Positions 10,943-23,869 are shown, numbered from the whole stretch's first letter. The stretch is DNA of 63,562 bases, filler included, from Octopus bimaculoides (GCF_001194135.2; 7 parts of 7 records of this genome joined end to end with filler, not necessarily neighbours in it), one strand, 5' to 3'. The notes: a model not told the origin generated them from the letters alone. Numbers and translations: made by a program.

Positions 10943-10996
10943 GACCTCTGATGAAAGTGTGATAACACGGAGAAGCAGTCTATCGGCTGTAAGGTT
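10943..10996 (+). ncRNA. Degenerate type-I hammerhead motif
   Basis: GACCT-CTGATGA-AA-GTGT(gata)ACAC-GGA-GAA-GCAGTC(tatc)GGCTGT-A-AGGTT: all three stems form, triplet GUA. A15.1 is G and extra nucleotides flank stem II. Confidence 0.45.
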
Positions 10997-11545
10997 GAAA
11001 TGTAAATAAATATATTACACTACTTTAAAAATGTATAGATTCGTTTATTGATATTGATGGGCGGTTTACGTGATCGTTTGATAGACTATATATATATATA
11101 TATACACACATACATACGCACTCATACATATATACACACATGAATGCATACATACATACATACACACATACATGCATACATGTACACACAAATATATACA
11201 TATACGAGAAAGTGAAGAACAAGAACAGTTCATAATATTTATTATTTGCGTGTTTGAAGCTATGCAGTCACNNNNNNNNNNNNNNNNNNNNNNNNNNNNN
11301 NNNNNNNNNNNNNNNNNNNNNNNNNNNNNNNNNNNNNNNNNNNNNNNNNNNNNNNNNNNNNNNNNNNNNNNNNNNNNNNNNNNNNNNNNNNNNNNNNNNN
11401 NNNNNNNNNNNNNNNNNNNNNNNNNNNNNNNNNNNNNNNNNNNNNNNNNNNNNNNNNNNNNNNNNNNNNNNNNNNNNNNNNNNNNNNNNNNNNNNNNNNN
11501 NNNNNNNNNNNNNNNNNNNNNNNNNNNNNNNNNNNNNNNNNNNNN

Positions 11546-11590
<45 letters not shown>

Positions 11591-12699
11591 GAGAGACAGA
11601 TAGATAGATAGACAGGCAGACAGGCAGACAGTCAGATGTATGTATGTATGTATGTATGTATGTATGTATGTATGTATGTATGTATGTATATGCCTATGTA
11701 TGTACGTATCTACTATATAGAGGCAAGGCCGAGTGTAGATGACACGGTTAAATGCATTAAACACGTCTGTTCTATTGTAGTTATACATGTATGAGTTGAA
11801 AGGAAGTTACTGTATGCTACAGGGAACAATTTTAGAGAAACAATTAAGTGTAACGGATTCTCTAAGATCTGCAGATTTGACATTCCTAAGAAACAAAGAC
11901 ATATGATAGGTATTAATGTGTGTCTCCCGCATGGCTAGAGCTATTTGGTTACTAAAAGCAAGAACTTAAATAGTGTGTAAATAAATGACTAAGGAAGATA
12001 GAATGTCCAAGTGGAAACTGGCGTAGTTTACTATTCGAGCAAGTGGAGGGGGGACAATTCGATGGAGAATATATACTATTGAACGTTTGAACAGTGAAAA
12101 ATAACAGATATTAAATCCAGAACTATGGAATATATTGTGTATATTTGACTGCGTATTTACACTTCCTCCTCGCTTTGCTGATACTGGGCATCAAAGATTC
12201 AGGTTGAACATCAACTGCACCAAATTCACTTGTCTGAAAGGATCTGCAAAGGTTATGGGCACTGCTCCCGGCCATGATGAAATACCACAAGGTATAGAAA
12301 ATACGTATTCGCCTTTATATATTTATATATTTAATCCTTTATATTGAACACTCAATATTTCATATATTCAATAAGACATATTCCATATATTCAATAAGAC
12401 ATTCAATACTTCATTTCATTGTACCATCCATCCTTTTTTATATTACATATTATATATTCCATATTCTATATCCCACATAAATTTTACAAGAATATAATAA
12501 AAAACATAAAAAACAGAGTTGGAACTCTTTTAAATAAAATAATATATTCCTCNNNNNNNNNNNNNNNNNNNNNNNNNNNNNNNNNNNNNNNNNNNNTTAA
12601 TTAATTAANNNNNNNNNNNNNNNNNNNNNNNNNNNNNNNNNNNNNNNNNNNNCAAGACCGTTTGAGTTAAGAGAACGTCTTTGCTGTAAACACTAGCTT

Positions 12700-13139
12700 C
12701 ACATAACCAGCCCCAACCCATTCAAGTACCTTGGATTGTAGGGCGACCTGCTGTGCTTGAGGAGACCTTGAGTCAAGTACATCAACATCAAAATAAAAGT
12801 GAAATGGAAATTGTAGCTGTGATACCCGTTCCGGTGGCACGTAAAAAGCACCATCTGAACGTGGCCAATGATAGTGCTACCTTGACTGGCTTCAGTGCCA
12901 GTCGCACGTAAAGAGCACCAACCAACCGTGGCCATTGCAAGCCTCCTCAGGCCCCTGTGTAGGTGGCACGTAAAAAGCACTCACTACACTCTCTGAGTGG
13001 CATGAGGAAGGGCATCTAGCTGTAGAAACACTGCCAGATCAGACTGGAGCCTGGTGCAGCCTCCCGGCTTCCCAGAGCCCGGTCAAACAGTCCAACCCAT
13101 GCTAGCATGGAAAACGGACGTTAAACGATGATGATGATG
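12700..13139 (+). mobile_element. SINE-like family D with internal GCACGTAAA(A/G)AGCAC repeats and (GAT)n tail
   Basis: Three internal GCACGTAAARAGCAC units; 3' end CCAACCCATGCTAGCATGGAAAACGGACGTTAAACGATGATGATGAT, an RTE-like tail (classification from recall). Confidence 0.7.
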
Positions 13140-13321
13140 TGGCTGAGCCGTCAAGGCACATACCCAAGTGTGTATATCTATTCATCTAGTGAATCTCGGA
13201 GAATTTTCGGAATGTATTACAAGTCTCCAGAATGCCACTTATAGATTGGATTTGGAGAATCCATATCATTATGCATGTATATACGCATGTATGTATGTAT
13301 GTATGATTTTTTTCTTTGAGA

Positions 13322-13487
13322 GGGCGCAGGAATGGTTGTGTGGTAAGTAGCTTGCTTACTAACCACATGGTTCCGGGTTCATTCCCACTGCGTGGCACCT
13401 TGGGCAAGTATCTTCTACTATAGCCTTGGGCCAACCAAAGCTTTGTGAGTGGATTTGGTAGACAGAAACTGAAAGAAGTCCATCGTA

Positions 13488-13490
<3 letters not shown>
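13322..13490 (+). mobile_element. SINE family A (head + core)
   Basis: GGCGCAGGAATGGTTGTGTGGTAAG (A-box-like), GGTTCATTCCC (B-box-like), ACCTTGGGCAAG core, ends in (TA)n. Confidence 0.85.
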
Positions 13491-13536
<46 letters not shown>

Positions 13537-13817
13537 GCACACACACACACACACACACACATTTTTTTGAGTGTGTCTGGCATGAATCAGGCAGGGAATT
13601 ATTTTTTGTGGGGGCGGAGTTATCAATTAGTCAGAAAGAAGGTCACTTGAGCAGCTGGAAACAACAGCCAAATCACCCTAAAATAATACTCTGTGTGTTT
13701 CAGTGAGGATAGAATATATTAGATAATAAAGCGCTACATAACCTTAGGTTAAAAACAAAACACAGGATAATCATGTAAGGAACCTCTTTTTATCATAGAC
13801 ATAGCATGTTCAGAATT

Positions 13818-14202
13818 GTTGTTGGCACTCCGTCGCTTACGACGTCAAGGGTTCCAGTTGATTCGATCAACGGAACAGCCTGCTCATGAAATTAACGTGC
13901 AAGTGGCTGAGCACTCCACAGACACGTGTACCCTTAACGTAGTTCTTGGGGATATTCAGCGTGACACAGTGTGATAGAGCTGACCCTTTGAATTACAAGC
14001 ACAACAGAAACAGGAAGTAAGAGTGAGAGAAAGTTGTGGTGGAAGAGTACAGCAGGGTTTGCCACCATCCCCTGCCAGAACCTCATGAAACTTTAGGTGT
14101 TTTCGCTCAATAAACATTCACAACGCCCGGTCTAGGAATCGAAACTGCGATCCTATGACCGTGAGTCCACTGCCCTAACCACTGGGCCATTGCGCTTCCA
14201 CT
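13818..14202 (-). mobile_element. Full-length tRNA-derived SINE family C with 13-bp TSD
   Basis: tRNA-like head GTGGAAGCGCAATGGCCCAGTGGTTAGGG...GTTTCGATTCC; (AAC)n tail; flanked by identical CATGTTCAGAATT at 13805-13817 and 14203-14215. Confidence 0.92.
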
Positions 14203-14299
14203 CATGTTCAGAATTAACTTGAGTCTAAACAACAAGAAACTCCAGTGATTTGACATCAGCATAGCATCCTTAATCTAACTGTCCGCAAGTCCTCTGCCC

Positions 14300-14405
14300 C
14301 ACCACCGCAAACCTAATCTCACCAAGTGCAATAAGTTCTGAAATCATTTCAGCAAAGTCATTGACCACATCTGGCATGAGATTCTACTAGCTAAAAGCCA
14401 TCCAT
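14300..14405 (+). mobile_element. Jockey/CR1-like LINE RT fragment
   Basis: HFSKVIDHIWHEILLAK resembles the RT motif D(I/F)SKAFDxVWHxxLLxKL. Confidence 0.45.
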
Positions 14406-14486
14406 GTATAAAGAAATAGCTTTATCTCTTGACCGGAAAGAATATTTTTAACCCATATTCTATCAATTGTTCTATTGTTATTATTA

Positions 14487-14540
<54 letters not shown>

Positions 14541-14564
14541 GTGGTTGAGTTATGTCATCATACA

Positions 14565-14720
14565 ACTCCGTTTTTCTATATTGACGATCTGCTTGCTTTT
14601 CATTCTAACAATCCATTATTCTGCTCTGCAGATAATAAATACCACCCTTCAATCTTCAATAACCATTTTACACACACAGGCATCAGGCACACAAACCTTA
14701 AATGCCTCAAGCTAGACATG
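14565..14720 (+). mobile_element. Penelope-like RT fragment
   Basis: FFYIDDLLAFHSNNPLF...YHPS...CLKLD resembles PLE RT FRYIDDxLxLNNPxF...IYP...LDL. Confidence 0.45.
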
Positions 14721-14946
14721 TGCTCAAATCATGTTAGACATAAACTACTTCTGATATCAGTGACCTTGAAAATATTACATTTTAATGCTGTTCAAAAGCA
14801 ACAAGACACATGTCATCCATATTCCTTAAATAACAGAGCCATAAGACTTGAAATCGTTATAAATGCTAGGCCGGTGATCTTTTCTGGTGGCCATTCATTT
14901 ATAACAGGTGCAGGTATAGGTGTGTTGCAAAGAAGTTTGTCACAGT

Positions 14947-15029
14947 TACGAGGGGGTGCCTAAAAGTTCTTGGCTTTGGGTAAAAGAAAATACAGGAGGA
15001 TCAGTTAATTATGATTTTATTCAACATAT
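14947..15029 (+). mobile_element. Mariner-like terminal fragment
   Basis: TA + CGAGGGGGTGCCTAAAAGTTCTTGGCTTT resembles mariner TIRs (TACGAGGG...AAAAGT); no partner TIR seen. Confidence 0.45.
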
Positions 15030-15384
15030 AGGCGCAGGAGTGGCTGTGCAGTGAGTAACTTGCTTACCAGTCACATGGTTCCATTGATTGGATCAACTGG
15101 AACCCTTGTCATCATAACCGACGGAGTGCCAGTTTTAAAAGAACTCAGTAGGTTGGGCTTCCAGCTTGGCCTTTTGCAATATTCTTGAAGACAGGTACTT
15201 TTCAGCATACCCTTATATATCACTCTTTACTCTTTTACTTGTCTTAGTCATTTGACTGCGGCCATGCTGGAGCATCGCCTTTTTAAATTTTATAATAACG
15301 GGCAAAATGTTTAGCGGCATTTCGTCCATCTTTATGTTCTGAGCTCAAATTCGGCGGCGGCGGCGGTGGTGGTGGTATGGAGAG

Positions 15385-15580
15385 AGTGGTGATGATGATG
15401 ATGATGATAAATAATAATAGCAATAAGGAATGATGGAAATGATGATAATGATAACAATGAGGTTGCTAATGACAACAACAGGAGCTGTAGCATTGGTAAT
15501 AGTGTTAGCGGTATGGGGTTTATGATGATGATGATGATGATGACGACGACGACGATGATGATGATGGTAATGATGATGAC

Positions 15581-15624
<44 letters not shown>

Positions 15625-15641
15625 CAACGATGATGAGGATA

Positions 15642-15691
<50 letters not shown>

Positions 15692-15865
15692 GATGATGAT
15701 GATGATGACGACGATGATGATGACGATGATGACGATGATGATGACGACGACGACGACGACGGCAACGATGATGATGATGATGATAAAAGCTGTTGTTGTG
15801 GCAGTGGCAATGGTGGTAATAGGGGTATGCAGAGTATGGTGATGATGGTGATAGTCATAATGATG
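15385..15865. repeat. Degenerate (GAT/GAC)n trinucleotide array
   Basis: Direct reading; source of poly-M/poly-S ORF artefacts. Confidence 0.9.
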
Positions 15866-16113
15866 GTTATGGGCTTGCTGTGCGCGTGTGTGTGTGTGTG
15901 TGTGTAATGGAATCGACAGAGCCAGCCAGTTCAGTTGTAAACAGATGATTTATGATAGTTAAAGCTAAAGGTAAGAGGGGGGGACTAAGAGACCCAACTC
16001 CCCGCTCAACTACACCCACCTCCCACTTAGGAAGTATGAGAGATTGTTAAACACTTTACATATGTCAACTTGCCTCTACCCCTCCCGCCCCCAGGCCTGA
16101 CAACTTACCTTGC

Positions 16114-16147
<34 letters not shown>

Positions 16148-17056
16148 GTTATTATCATTATTGTTATTGTTATTGTTCAGGCAAAATGTTTCGGGGGGGG
16201 GGNNNNNNNNNNNNNNNNNNNNNNNNNNNNNNNNNNNNNNNNNNNNNNNNNNNNNNNNNNNNNNNNNNNNNNNNNNNNNNNNNNNNNNNNNNNNNNNNNN
16301 NNNNNNNNNNNNNNNNNNNNNNNNNNNNNNNNNNNNNNNNNNNNNNNNNNNNNNNNNNNNNNNNNNNNNNNNNNNNNNNNNNNNNNNNNNNNNNNNNNNN
16401 NNNNNNNNNNNNNNNNNNNNNNNNNNNNNNNNNNNNNNNNNNNNNNNNNNNNNNNNNNNNNNNNNNNNNNNNNNNNNNNNNNNNNNNNNNNNNNNNNNNN
16501 NNNNNNNNNNNNNNNNNNNNNNNNNNNNNNNNNNNNNNNNNNNNNNNNNNNNNNNNNNNNNNNNNNNNNNNNNNNNNNNNNNNNNNNNNNNNNNNNNNNN
16601 NNNNNNNNNNNNNNNNNNNNNNNNNNNNNNNNNNNNNNNNNNNNNNNNNNNNNNNNNNNNNNNNNNNNNNNNNNNNNNNNNNNNNNNNNNNNNNNNNNNN
16701 NNNNNNNNNNNNNNNNNNNNNNNNNNNNNNNNNNNNNNNNNNNNNNNNNNNNNNNNNNNNNNNNNNNNNNNNNNNNNNNNNNNNNNNNNNNNNNNNNNNN
16801 NNNNNNNNNNNNNNNNNNNNNNNNNNNNNNNNNNNNNNNNNNNNNNNNNNNNNNNNNNNNNNNNNNNNNNNNNNNNNNNNNNNNNNNNNNNNNNNNNNNN
16901 NNNNNNNNNNNNNNNNNNNNNNNNNNNNNNNNNNNNNNNNNNNNNNNNNNNNNNNNNNNNNNNNNNNNNNNNNNNNNNNNNNNNNNNNNNNNNNNNNNNN
17001 NNNNNNNNNNNNNNNNNNNNNNNNNNNNNNNNNNNNNNNNNNNNNNNNNNNNNNNN

Positions 17057-17330
17057 ACCTAAGGCACCTACTATGATAGGAATTGTTTCTGTTTTTAGAT
17101 TCCACATTCGAGTTACCTCTATTTCCAGGTCTTTGTATTTTGAAAGTTTTTCCATTTCTTTTAGAGAAACGTTGTCATCTGCTGGTATTGATACATAAAT
17201 TAGAAAGCATTTTTTTTTCTTCATGATCTTTGACAACTATATCTGGTCTATTTGCCTTAATTTCTCTATCTGTGTGTATTGGCATATCCCAGAGTATGGT
17301 TGCTTTCTCGTTTTCTGTGACTTTGTAATT
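17057..17330 (-). mobile_element. R4/Dong REL fragment
   Basis: [38 protein letters not shown] and [28 protein letters not shown]; 5' end abuts (ATT)n. Confidence 0.9.
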
Positions 17331-17334
17331 ATTA

Positions 17335-17392
<58 letters not shown>

Positions 17393-17408
17393 CATTATTA
17401 TTATTATT

Positions 17409-17620
17409 ATGGCAAGCTAGTAGAATTGTTAGCATGGTGGGCGAGATTCTTAGTGGAATTACATCCATTTTCATGTTCTGAGTTCAAATTCCACCAAGGT
17501 CGATTTTGCCTTTCATCCTTTCGGGGGGTCAATAAAATAAGTACCAGTTGTACACTGAGGTCAATGAAATCACCTTACCCCTTGAAATTGCTGGCCTTGT
17601 GCCAAAATTCGAAACCATTA
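17409..17620 (+). mobile_element. SINE family B
   Basis: GGCAAGCTAGTAGAATTGTTAGC head, TTCTGAGTTCAAATTCC, central GCCTTTCATCCTTTCGGGG..AATAAGTACCAG block (resembles the Meta/MESC-type SINE domain, from recall). Confidence 0.8.
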
Positions 17621-18034
17621 TTATTACTATTATTATTGTTGTTGTTATTCCCCTCCTACAGTCTCTTGCTCTTTCTCTCTTCCCCTTACTCCCCAGCATC
17701 TTTATTCTACAAAGTTTATCTTACTTTCTTCTACTTTCACTTCATCTCATTTCACACACCACCATCACCACCACCACCACCACCACTCTACATCTATGCT
17801 CTTTTCTTCATTTTTTTCTTTTCATTCACCTCCCTCATTCTTTTCACTTACCCTCTTCTTCTTACTTCTCCTCCTCTTCCTCCTCCAGCTCTTATTTTTC
17901 CTTCATTGTCTCCTTTCACCTCTTCCCGCCAGAACCCCATTCTTATATTCTGGTGGTGCTAATCCCTCTTTATGATTATAATTGCAATATATTGCCATAT
18001 TTTTTTTTCATAGTTAACAGAGAATAATCTGGTG

Positions 18035-18730
18035 GTGTGCACATGTGTGTGTGAGTGTGTGTGTCTGTGTCGGTGTGTATATGTGTATGTGTGTGTATGT
18101 GAGACATGTATATATACACAAGCACTACACATAGAAATATAAGCATACATATATCTGTGAGTGTGTGTGTTTGTGTGTGTTTGTGTGTGTGTGTGCATGG
18201 GGGTGTATATAGAGACAAGCACCACATACACAAATATAAGCATACACATGTGTGTATATGTTTGTGTGTACAAATATACACAAATATTTATGTGTCTATA
18301 TGTGTGTGTGTGTGTGTGTGTATATACATGCACAATATATATACATGTAAATATACATGTATATATATATATATATATACATATACATGTGTATATACAT
18401 GTATATATACATGTATATATATGTATATATATATATATATGTATATATATACGTGTATGTGTATATGCATATATGTGTATATATACACANNNNNNNNNNT
18501 ATATATATACGTGTATGTGTATATGCATATATGTGTATATATACACATGTGTGTGTGTATATATATATATATATGCATATGAATATATATATGTGCGTTT
18601 ATATGTGTGTGTGCATATGTGTGTGTATATATGTGTGTATGTATGTGTGTATATGTGTGTGTGTGCGCACATGCGTGCATGCATGCATGATAGAGCATAT
18701 ATGATGTACGCACATTCTAATACACATACC
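18035..18730. repeat. Compound (TG/TA)n degenerate microsatellite field
   Basis: Direct reading. Confidence 0.9.
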
Positions 18731-19941
18731 CAGTACCTCTCTATGTCTTGAAAGACCATAGGCCTGTACCTGGAAAACCCATCTTCGAAGAGCCGGCTCC
18801 AGTGAGCTTTTATTTTAATGAAGGCCCCCATAGTCACCCATGCATGCAACTCTTCCCTCTCAACAGTATCGAAGCTGTCCAAAGGCAAAGCAACAGCTGA
18901 TACAACTTGGTACCAGTTCCAGTGCAGGCAATGGCGTCAGAATTGCAAAGGACCAGAACAGATATTGCAAAACATCCGGTCTGACTCTCTAATAGTCCCG
19001 CCAATCCACCAGCCTTTCTCTCTCACTCTCTCACTCTCTCTCTCTCGCTCTCTCTCNNNNNNNNNNNNNNNNNNNNNNNNNNNNNNNNNNNNNNNNNNNN
19101 NNNNNNNNNNNNNNNNNNNNNNNNNNNNNNNNNNNNNNNNNNNNNNNNNNNNNNNNNNNNNNNNNNNNNNNNNNNNNNNNNNNNNNNNNNNNNNNNNNNN
19201 NNNNNNNNNNNNNNNNNNNNNNNNNNNNNNNNNNNNNNNNNNNNNNNNNNNNNNNNNNNNNNNNNNNNNNNNNNNNNNNNNNNNNNNNNNNNNNNNNNNN
19301 NNNNNNNNNNNNNNNNNNNNNNNNNNNNNNNNNNNNNNNNNNNNNNNNNNNNNNNNNNNNNNNNNNNNNNNNNNNNNNNNNNNNNNNNNNNNNNNNNNNN
19401 NNNNNNNNNNNNNNNNNNNNNNNNNNNNNNNNNNNNNNNNNNNNNNNNNNNNNNNNNNNNNNNNNNNNNNNNNNNNNNNNNNNNNNNNNNNNNNNNNNNN
19501 NNNNNNNNNNNNNNNNNNNNNNNNNNNNNNNNNNNNNNNNNNNNNNNNNNNNNNNNNNNNNNNNNNNNNNNNNNNNNNNNNNNNNNNNNNNNNNNNNNNN
19601 NNNNNNNNNNNNNNNNNNNNNNNNNNNNNNNNNNNNNNNNNNNNNNNNNNNNNNNNNNNNNNNNNNNNNNNNNNNNNNNNNNNNNNNNNNNNNNNNNNNN
19701 NNNNNNNNNNNNNNNNNNNNNNNNNNNNNNNNNNNNNNNNNNNNNNNNNNNNNNNNNNNNNNNNNNNNNNNNNNNNNNNNNNNNNNNNNNNNNNNNNNNN
19801 NNNNNNNNNNNNNNNNNNNNNNNNNNNNNNNNNNNNNNNNNNNNNNNNNNNNNNNNNNNNNCGGCCCCGTGTTTCTCGAGCCATGCCTGTAGAGCTTATC
19901 CCGAACGGGTAGTGCTTCTCGATAGCACTGCCAGGCCAGGG

Positions 19942-19973
<32 letters not shown>

Positions 19974-20629
19974 CAGATAGACAGATAGACAGATAGATAG
20001 ATAGCTAGATAGATAGACAGATAGGTGAACGACTGTGCAAATATAAAAGATATCGGTGTGCTTCTGTTGATATTTAAATACCTACATCTATTCATACATG
20101 TATGCCTCCATGCATCAAATCATTTCTGCATACATTAAGCATGCATATTCTCTGCTTCCACTCTGCCACATTCAAATACCACATTCGTAAATACAAACAC
20201 ACATTTAATGAAGGCCATATTTTGCATCTATTCAGTGAGACAAATGCTTCCTCAATAGCTTACCTAGACCTTTTTTTTACGCATGAACAGGCATGAGCAA
20301 CGAGGGAGCTTGTATTAGGTTGCTCAAATTGCTAGAAATGGCAGCTATAAACTCACTTAAATTACAACCAACTCTGTACTCATACGTTGACTTAGACACA
20401 CATACCTATCACACACACTTATCACACACACCTATCACACACACATATACATAAGCATGCGTGTGTGTATGCTTATACATAAGCATATATATAAGCATAC
20501 ACAAACACACACACACATACACACAAGCACAGGCATGCCTGCATTATTAAGATGGCCCTTTGGTGCCTTGTGAATGATTTTGACAGATAGAGACTGTGAT
20601 GAAGCCCACTGTGTATTATTTTATTCTTT

Positions 20630-20830
20630 TATCTTTTTTACTTGTTTCAGTCATTTGACCACAGCCATGCTGGAGCACTGCCTTGAACGGCTTTAGTCGA
20701 ACAAATCGACCCCAGGACTTATTTCTTAAACCTAGTACTTATTTTATTGGTCTCTTTTGCTGAACTGCTAAGTTACAGGGATGTAAACACACCAACAAGA
20801 GTTGTCAAGCGATGGTGGAGGGAGAAACAC
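20630..20830 (-). mobile_element. SINE family A 3' module
   Basis: TTGTTTCAGTCATTTGAC..GCCATGCTGGAGCAC...CGACCCCAGGACTTATT...CTAAGTTAC. Confidence 0.8.
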
Positions 20831-21098
20831 AGACACAAAGATATATAAATATATATCTGAAACTTGGAGTTTTATCATGGCTATTGAATAATTGTCACAT
20901 ATTATTTACAGATAAATTCCTCTATTTACATAATATCAAGGTCTTTTTCTTTCTTTTGTTGTCTTACCTTTTCTATCAATATATATATATATACCGGAGT
21001 AAGCACATGAAATGTGCAACAAGGTGGAAAAAAGAGTACTCAAATACCAGAGGTAGAGTAATATGCTTTATATAAAAGCAGCAGAAATATAACAAAAG

Positions 21099-21138
21099 AC
21101 TGTTACTCTGAGTTTCACGTTCCTGTTCATCTGACAGT
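21099..21138 (-). ncRNA. Minimal type-I hammerhead with near-palindromic stem III (dimer type), U4A variant
   Basis: Minus strand ACTGT-CAGATGA-AC(aggaac)GT-GAA-ACTC-A-GAGT-A-ACAGT: 5-bp stem I; stem III ACTC/GAGT has a 1-nt loop; triplet GUA. Confidence 0.6.
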
Positions 21139-21823
21139 TTTGTTAGAAATGATGAACGGGNNNNNNNNNNNNNNNNNNNNNNNNNNNNNNNNNNNNNNNN
21201 NNNNNNNNNNNNNNNNNNNNNNNNNNNNNNNNNNNNNNNNNNNNNNNNNNNNNNNNNNNNNNNNNNNNNNNNNNNNNNNNNNNNNNNNNNNNNNNNNNNN
21301 NNNNNNNNNNNNNNNNNNNNNNNNNNNNNNNNNNNNNNNNNNNNNNNNNNNNNNNNNNNNNNNNNNNNNNNNNNNNNNNNNNNNNNNNNNNNNNNNNNNN
21401 NNNNNNNNNNNNNNNNNNNNNNNNNNNNNNNNNNNNNNNNNNNNNNNNNNNNNNNNNNNNNNNNNNNNNNNNNNNNNNNNNNNNNNNNNNNNNNNNNNNN
21501 NNNNNNNNNNNNNNNNNNNNNNNNNNNNNNNNNNNNNNNNNNNNNNNNNNNNNNNNNNNNNNNNNNNNNNNNNNNNNNNNNNNNNNNNNNNNNNNNNNNN
21601 NNNNNNNNNNNNNNNNNNNNNNNNNNNNNNNNNNNNNNNNNNNNNNNNNNNNNNNNNNNNNNNNNNNNNNNNNNNNNNNNNNNNNNNNNNNNNNNNNNNN
21701 NNNNNNNNNNNNNNNNNNNNNNNNNNNNNNNNNNNNNNNNNNNNNNNNNNNNNNNNNNNNNNNNNNNNNNNNNNNNNNNNNNNNNNNNNNNNNNNNNNNN
21801 NNNNNNNNNNNNNNNNNNNNNNN

Positions 21824-21860
<37 letters not shown>

Positions 21861-21869
21861 TATATATAT

Positions 21870-21990
21870 ATGATGGGCTTCTTTCAGTTTCCATCTACCA
21901 GGTTCACTCACAAGGCTTTGGTCAACCCAAGGTTTTAGAAGACACTAGCCCAAGGTGCCACACATTGGGACTGAACTTGGAACCACGCAG
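21870..21990 (-). mobile_element. SINE family A core fragment
   Basis: GGGCTTCTTTCAGTTTCC...CCCAAGGTGCCAC...GGGACTGAAC. Confidence 0.75.
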
Positions 21991-22547
21991 CCATACAATA
22001 CCCATACACACGCAAAAACACATAGATGTGCACTTCACATGCACGCATACGGAAATGCATGCGAGAGACATTCTATTGCAGCAAATGGAAGCCTCTAAAA
22101 ATAGTTTCATCCCCAACCATGGTTAGCTGGTTCATTTGACTGGCTTGGCTGGTCGGCTGACAGGTTGGTCGGTGAGTTGGCTGGCTGGCTGGTTGATTGG
22201 GTGGTTGGTTGGCTGGTTGGTGGAATAGGTGTTACATGTGCGTGAGCGTATCTGTGCATGTGCAGTGTATGGGTGGTGGTGGCAGGAGAGAAGCAGGAAG
22301 GGGAGGAGGTAACGGTACAATGGTGGCCTGGTTTGATGACTTGAACAGGTTGTCATTAGCGTTACAAACCAATACTGGTCGTATTTAATCAATATTATCA
22401 ACAAATACAACAACGAAAGGTTAGCTAGTTACCAAAANNNNNNNNNNNNNNNNNNNNNNNNNNNNNNNNNNNNNNNNNNNNTTAATTAATTAANNNNNNN
22501 NNNNNNNNNNNNNNNNNNNNNNNNNNNNNNNNNNNNNATTTCTGCTA

Positions 22548-22587
<40 letters not shown>

Positions 22588-23077
22588 GGGTATGTGTGAT
22601 TATGTATAGAAGAATATATTACTCAAAGAAATTTCAGCTTTGATTTTCACGTTTTATTTACAATCTGATAATAATATGATATAATATAATATAATATAAT
22701 GAAATGATAGCATATTAAATGCCCATTCTGATTGAACTAGTACTTTAATGCATTAAACTATGCAATCTTCAGGTTCATGTAATAGTGGTGACAGTTATGT
22801 TTTGCCATTAACAATTGTAGTGGCTAAACTGTGTGCCTTAAATACATTTGTATTGGCTCTAGAATGTTAATTTTTGTAAACTATATTCTGACCAATCATT
22901 GTGTAATTTTACTAAATAATTTAAGTTGATTGGTGTTTGGTTTAAGCGTCACGGTTTCTTGAACATGTCAAGAGACCCGTATTTTGACCCTAGCCAAAGC
23001 AGTAATTGTTGACTATTTTTAGAAACGTTGTAAACATTTCCCAGGGATTTTACATTTTAATTATCATCATCATCATC

Positions 23078-23109
<32 letters not shown>

Positions 23110-23837
23110 CACCATTCTCATCATTATCATTTCACTTATTATTGTTGCTGTTGTTGTTGGTGGTGGTGGTAGTAATACAACTTTAAATCCAAAATAAGAT
23201 AATTTTACTGACATTCCTCTTGACTTAGTATTTTCCTGCTATCATCATAATGAGTACCTTTAGTATTGCTGCTGTTCTTAGTGGTAGTGGTCGTAGCAGT
23301 AGAAATGGTATCTCTAAGTATTAGTATTATTGTTTATTTAGCTTGGGTTAGAATTTATCAATAAATTTCTTTTCTCTGATTTCCCTTTCAATTTCACTTG
23401 GACTGTGTAGTTTGTAGAATGGAAATATAAGTATTTTCCGACCGCCTGTTGCTAGATAGCTACTGAAAGGTATCTGACAGATATCTGGGGTTCTGATTTG
23501 CTGTCGGTGCACACGTGAACGTTATGATAGTGCATTTCAATCAGAATGGAAATTTAATATTCTATCATTACATTACATTATATTATCTTATATTACATTA
23601 TTATAAGATTGTAAGTAAAATGTGAAAATCAGACAAAGTTGGAATTTCTTTGAGTAGGAATTTCTTTGAGTAGGAATTTCTTTGAGTAGGAAGTATGAAG
23701 TATCATTTTTATCAATAACAATAAATATTTATTTATTTATTAATAAAACTATCATTTTATTAATAAATAATCATTAACTTTAACTTTCAACTCAACATTT
23801 TCTTTTCTGTTATTAAGCGAATACGGATTATATGCGT

Positions 23838-23869
<32 letters not shown>

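Noticed and set aside
12260-12290. Plus-strand TAPGHDEIP resembling LINE KAPGPDGIP, and a loose iGluR M3 likeness on the minus strand
   Set aside because: Flanking residues and motif spacing do not match either family.
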